In this document: positions 59,893 to 64,000 of the stretch, piece after piece
Layout: each line of letters opens with the position of its first letter
Position numbering within the stretch: position 1 is the first letter of the stretch
Source: Candidatus Altimarinota bacterium
Lineage (GTDB): Bacteria; Patescibacteriota; Gracilibacteria; UBA1369
Direction: 5' to 3'
Length of the DNA: 64,000 nucleotides
Assembly (NCBI GenBank): GCA_963677745.1
Contig: OY782391.1
Coordinates: forward strand, 1,120,001-1,184,000
Program-made: the position numbers and the translations under genes
Notes under the pieces: generated by a model
The model's input: only the letters and a program-made list of their open reading frames with translations
Told to the model about the DNA's origin: nothing
Database searches by the model: none

Positions 59893-61352
59893 AACCTGCC
59901 TACAAAAAAACTGTTTCTGAAAAGGAAAAAGTGATCCTGATTCCGTTTTTTACAGATCTGGAAAACCTCTCCGAAGATCAGCGTGAGTGGATGCGGGCCA
60001 AGGAAAAAGCCGGTTTTTTCAAAAGCAAACGTGACGAACATTTTACTTATTATCCGGAAAGTCCGGCGGCCGGGCAGAAGTTTTTGTTCTATTGTTTTGG
60101 CAAAGAGGAAGACGCCCAACCCAGGCAAATTCGTTCCGGACTGGCAGCGGCGGTCAAACTGCTCAGGCGCCAGCAATTGCCGGAACTGGCAGTGGTGCTG
60201 AACCAGCAATTCTTGAAATATAGCCAGGAAATAGGGGAAGCTCTGATGCTGGCCAATTACAACACTGCACTTTTCAAGACCGGAGAGGAAAAAAAAGAAG
60301 CGGAGCAAAAAGTAATACACAAATTTATTATAGTTTCCCATGACATCACCCGCGTCAATAAATACGATCTGGAGGAGGGACTGAAAATTGCCACAGCGGT
60401 GAACGCGGTACGTGATTTGATTAATTCCCCCCACAACCTGGTAAATGAGGAGACACTTACCAAAGAAGCCGTGCGAATCTGTGCGCAGAACAAATTAAAA
60501 ATTAAAGTCCTGGACCGTAAACAGCTGGAAAAAATCAAAATGGGAGCGTTGCTGGCGGTCAATGAAGGATCAAAACATGAAGCCAGACTGCTGGTCATGG
60601 AATATCTGCCGCTGGGCAGGAGACAGGATCCGGTCATACTGGTGGGCAAAGGGGTCACTTTTGATACGGGAGGAGTCAATCTCAAACCAAGCCAGGGACT
60701 GGCCGAAATGCACATGGACATGGCCGGAGCAGCTGCCGTACTGGGAGTATTCATGTTACTGAAAGAACTGGAGATCCAGCATAATGTAATCGGTGTGATT
60801 CCTCTGACCGACAACTCCCTGGATGCCGGTTCGCAAAAACCAAGTGACGTCATCACCACCTATTCCGGCAAGACGGTAGAAGTGGGGAATACCGATGCCG
60901 AAGGCCGTTTAATTTTGGCCGATGCCATATCCTATGCCCTCAAAAACTACAAAGCCTCCGCTCTGATTGATATCGCCACCCTTACCGGGGCCTGTATCGT
61001 GGCGCTGGGGGATCAGATGGCGGGGCTGTTCGGCAATAACGACAAAATGAAAGAAAGAATGAAAAACGCTGCGCTGGAAACCGACGAGGAAGTTTGGGAA
61101 ATGCCCATTCATGAAAACCACCGCAAGGGCATGAAAGGCAAATTTGCCGATCTGAACAACGTGGATAATTCGGGCATGGCCGGGGCTTGCACTGCCGCCG
61201 CCTTCCTGGAAAATTTTGTGGAAAAAACCGACTGGATTCATTTGGACATCGCCGGCCCGGCCATGCCCAAGAAGCCCAAGGAAATTGATTTTCCCGGAGC
61301 CACGGGTTTTGGAGTCAGACTGCTGCTGAGATTCCTGCAGAACATAAAATAG
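59889..61352 (+). CDS. pepA: leucyl aminopeptidase (M17)
   Basis: GKGVTFDTGG, DMAGAA, NTDAEGRL, ATLTGA, HLDIAG. Confidence 0.96.
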   Translation: MKPAYKKTVSEKEKVILIPFFTDLENLSEDQREWMRAKEKAGFFKSKRDEHFTYYPESPAAGQKFLFYCFGKEEDAQPRQIRSGLAAAVKLLRRQQLPELAVVLNQQFLKYSQEIGEALMLANYNTALFKTGEEKKEAEQKVIHKFIIVSHDITRVNKYDLEEGLKIATAVNAVRDLINSPHNLVNEETLTKEAVRICAQNKLKIKVLDRKQLEKIKMGALLAVNEGSKHEARLLVMEYLPLGRRQDPVILVGKGVTFDTGGVNLKPSQGLAEMHMDMAGAAAVLGVFMLLKELEIQHNVIGVIPLTDNSLDAGSQKPSDVITTYSGKTVEVGNTDAEGRLILADAISYALKNYKASALIDIATLTGACIVALGDQMAGLFGNNDKMKERMKNAALETDEEVWEMPIHENHRKGMKGKFADLNNVDNSGMAGACTAAAFLENFVEKTDWIHLDIAGPAMPKKPKEIDFPGATGFGVRLLLRFLQNIK

Positions 61353-61361
61353 TTACCGCAA

Positions 61362-61928
61362 TTATTTTCTGCGGCGGATTTTGGAAGGTCTCACCTGATG
61401 GCGGGGAGGAGTCTTCAGCATATGATAGAGGGAGAAAATTGCAAAGAAAGTATTCAGCCAGAAGAAAATCCAGCTGGCTTCCATATAACTGAAAAGCGCA
61501 ATCAGCGCGCTGCCGCCGACCAGGGCGACATTTCTACGGAGTGTGCCGATCTGGAAAGCATATCCCAAACCGATTCCGGATAAACCCAGAATAAAGAAAA
61601 TGGTTCCGATGTCCTTAAACAGGAAAAGAGACCAGGCAATCAATATTAATCCGCTGACTGAAATAACCGCCAGATCGATCCGGTCGTCGGTGTTGAGCAT
61701 CATCAGTACGCTCGCAATCATTACCAGTGCCTCCAGGAACACGTAGAAAATCGGACCGCCTTGCTGATAGCCGAGTAAGGCATAAATCAGCATCACCAGT
61801 CCCCCCACTGCAAACAGCCAGTTTTTTGTGGCCTTCATCGGATGTTTTACATCCTTACTCTCCGGCCAGGCTGCGCCCGTCACCAGAATCAATGAACCCA
61901 ACAGGCCGCTGTAAAAAATGATATCCAT
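61362..61928 (-). CDS. multi-pass membrane protein
   Basis: 188 aa, almost entirely hydrophobic, basic C-terminal tail. Confidence 0.8.
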   Translation of the reverse strand: MDIIFYSGLLGSLILVTGAAWPESKDVKHPMKATKNWLFAVGGLVMLIYALLGYQQGGPIFYVFLEALVMIASVLMMLNTDDRIDLAVISVSGLILIAWSLFLFKDIGTIFFILGLSGIGLGYAFQIGTLRRNVALVGGSALIALFSYMEASWIFFWLNTFFAIFSLYHMLKTPPRHQVRPSKIRRRK

Positions 61929-61972
61929 ACAAATAGATTAAGTAATCTATTTATTATACCATGAATTACAGT

Positions 61973-62917
61973 TCAGGAAAGCTTTACGTCGTTTTTGATC
62001 AGGTACTCATAGGCCCAGAAACTGGCCGTAACAGCCTCCGCAGAACCTGTAATTGCCTGTTTGAAATGGGAATCACAGACATCCCCGGCCCCGTAAACAC
62101 CCGGGAGATTGGTTTCACTGTTGCGGTTGATTTCAATTTCTTTTCTGGCATTTAATTTCACGCCCAGTTTTTCGGCCAGTTCGGAATTGGGTAGGAGTCC
62201 GATAGCTACAAAGACGCCGTCAACGTCCAGTGTTTTCCCGTCCTTGAGCCGTATCCCTTTAACTTTTTGTTCTCCAAACACCTCTGCCACTTCGGCATTG
62301 GATATCAGTTCTATCTTGGGATTTTCCTGAACTTTTTGGAGATTGACCGGTTCAGGGTGAAGTGTGCTGCGCGAGATCACATAAACTTTAGCAGCATATT
62401 CCGCCAGCAGTAAAGATTCCTTGGCCGCGCTGTCTCCTCCACCCACAATGGCCACTACTTTTCCTCTATAGAATGCTCCGTCACAGAGCGCGCAATAGGA
62501 AACTCCCTTGTTTTCATATTCTTTTTCTCCCGGAGCTTCCAGCTTTCTGTGCTTGCTGCCCGTGGCAAACAAGACGGTTTTCGCAGCATACTCACCCGAG
62601 GCTGTTTTAACGACAAACCCCGGCTTTTTCCCTGCGGATGAATCATCCTCGGACAATTTCAGTTGTTCGACACTCAATACCTGTTCATTTTTCATGGAGG
62701 CTCCCGAAGCCAAGGCATGCTCTACCAGACTGGTTGCCAGATCCGGCCCGGAAATTGCTTTGATGCCCGGCCAGTTTTCCACCAGATGGGTGGATGTAAT
62801 CAACCCGCCCGGCATTTCGGCGATCATAACGGTCTTTAGGTTGAGGCGGGCGGCATACATAGCCGCACTGGCGCCGGCGCAGCCGGCGCCAATAATTACA
62901 AAATCAAATTGTTCCAT
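61973..62917 (-). CDS. trxB: thioredoxin reductase
   Basis: IIGAGCAG, VENWPG, GVSYCALCDG, GGGDSA, GAGDV. Confidence 0.95.
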   Translation of the reverse strand: MEQFDFVIIGAGCAGASAAMYAARLNLKTVMIAEMPGGLITSTHLVENWPGIKAISGPDLATSLVEHALASGASMKNEQVLSVEQLKLSEDDSSAGKKPGFVVKTASGEYAAKTVLFATGSKHRKLEAPGEKEYENKGVSYCALCDGAFYRGKVVAIVGGGDSAAKESLLLAEYAAKVYVISRSTLHPEPVNLQKVQENPKIELISNAEVAEVFGEQKVKGIRLKDGKTLDVDGVFVAIGLLPNSELAEKLGVKLNARKEIEINRNSETNLPGVYGAGDVCDSHFKQAITGSAEAVTASFWAYEYLIKNDVKLS

Positions 62918-62960
62918 GAAAGGGTTTAATTAATATTCCTGGAAAAAATTAAACCGATTT

Positions 62961-63482
62961 CTATCCTTTGCCAAGAGTTTTTTGTCCCGGCTTCCAATTG
63001 GCCGGACAAAGCTCGCCGGTCTGCAGACTGGAAAGCACGCGCAGGGTTTCATCGGCGCTGCGGCCAACTGTCAAATCATGTACCAGTTGATAACGCAAAA
63101 CACCTTCCGGGTCGATGATAAAAGTGCCGCGCAAGGCATGTCCTTTTTCTTCAATCAAAACTCCGTATTCCCGGCTCATTTCGCGGTTAAGGTCGGAAAA
63201 GAGGGGATAGTTCAATTGTCCCAGCTGCTTCATCCAGGCCTGATGGGAATAAACCGAATCGGTGCTGCCGCCATAGACCACGGCATCCAGCTTTTCAAAT
63301 TCAGGCATTTTTTCGCTCATTTCCAGAATTTCAGTCGGACAGACAAAAGTGAAATCCAGCGGATAAAAGAACAGCACCACCCATTTTCCTTTTAAATCCT
63401 GCAGAGAAATTCTGCCGAACTGATCCTTGAACACCGTTTCCACCGAGAATCCGGGGGCGGAATGTCCTACTTGAATAAACAT
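62961..63482 (-). CDS. ahpC: 2-Cys peroxiredoxin AhpC
   Basis: FYPLDFTFVCPTE and LCPANW. Confidence 0.96.
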   Translation of the reverse strand: MFIQVGHSAPGFSVETVFKDQFGRISLQDLKGKWVVLFFYPLDFTFVCPTEILEMSEKMPEFEKLDAVVYGGSTDSVYSHQAWMKQLGQLNYPLFSDLNREMSREYGVLIEEKGHALRGTFIIDPEGVLRYQLVHDLTVGRSADETLRVLSSLQTGELCPANWKPGQKTLGKG

Positions 63483-63528
63483 ATTTGTATTGGTTAAAAT
63501 GTTAATAGAAAAAATTACCTTTTCCGAA

Positions 63529-63840
63529 ATGATAAATCAAGCACAGTTCCTGGAAAGATACCAAGACAAAAGTTCCGATTTTTTTCTCCTCGATGTTCGC
63601 ACTCCCTATGAATTTACCGATCATCATCTGGCCGGTTCCGTCAATATCCCGCTTGATGAATTACAGCAACGACTGGCGGAAATACCCCCGGACCGTTCCA
63701 TAGTTACCATCTGTGAGCACGGAGTGCGCAGCGGCATCGCCGAAAAATTTCTGAAAGGACAAAATTATCGGGCCGACAGTCTTCAAAACGGTCTCTCGCG
63801 CTGGTCCGGTCCCCTCGAAACAAAAAACTCACTGTCTTGA
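63529..63840 (+). CDS. rhodanese-like protein
   Basis: LLDVRTPYEF, NIPL, CEHGVRS. Confidence 0.9.
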   Translation: MINQAQFLERYQDKSSDFFLLDVRTPYEFTDHHLAGSVNIPLDELQQRLAEIPPDRSIVTICEHGVRSGIAEKFLKGQNYRADSLQNGLSRWSGPLETKNSLS

Positions 63841-64000
63841 GCCGGTCGGATTGCCGCTGTTGGGATAATTTCCAAAAGCATTGTCAATCGACCCGAGATG
63901 TTTGGTCTCGTCATTTATCAATGTTTTGCCGCCCATGAGCGGCGGATTTGGTTTGGCCGGCATTCCGACCACCGGTTTTACTCTGCGGTTGCCGGGTTTG
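63829..64000 (-). CDS. possible 3' end of a gene truncated by the window edge
   Basis: Open minus-strand frame KPGNRRVKP...GSRQ* ending at 63829; the frame is uncertain. Confidence 0.3.
   Translation of the reverse strand, partial: KPGNRRVKPVVGMPAKPNPPLMGGKTLINDETKHLGSIDNAFGNYPNSGNPTGSRQ

Overview
This is a gene-dense 64 kb bacterial chromosome segment read in genetic code 11 (TGA acts as stop). Gene content and style point to a Patescibacteria/CPR organism, probably Peregrinibacteria-like; this is an inference, not a database result. Supporting signs are a short TsaB, a yceD-rpmF-nusB-rnc cluster without plsX/fab genes, type IV pilin-like genes, SLH/PKD surface proteins, a sortase, extended -10 promoters and few Shine-Dalgarno sites. 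Most of the window is housekeeping: rsmI, rpsO, pnp, dnaX, ligA, mnmA, ychF, cdaA/cdaR, hflX, comF, murF/femX, nusB, rnc, pepA, trxB, ahpC and tRNA-Phe. The strongest unexplained signal is the non-coding region at 29.1-30.3 kb. A near-consensus sigma70 promoter there points into a tandem array of minus-strand structured RNA units: two ~370-nt copies with compensatory base changes and GCAA tetraloops, plus a diverged third unit. All three share a 5'-arm / anti-arm / 3'-arm switch architecture. Other highlights are a tandem gamma-carbonic-anhydrase-like protein whose two domains each keep complementary halves of the inter-subunit active site, a membrane-anchored synthetase-dead RelA/SpoT homolog, an HNH nuclease gene flanked by 11-bp direct repeats with a structured leader, and a palindrome repeated at three intergenic sites. 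All calls come from reading the sequence by eye; no searches or folding programs were run.
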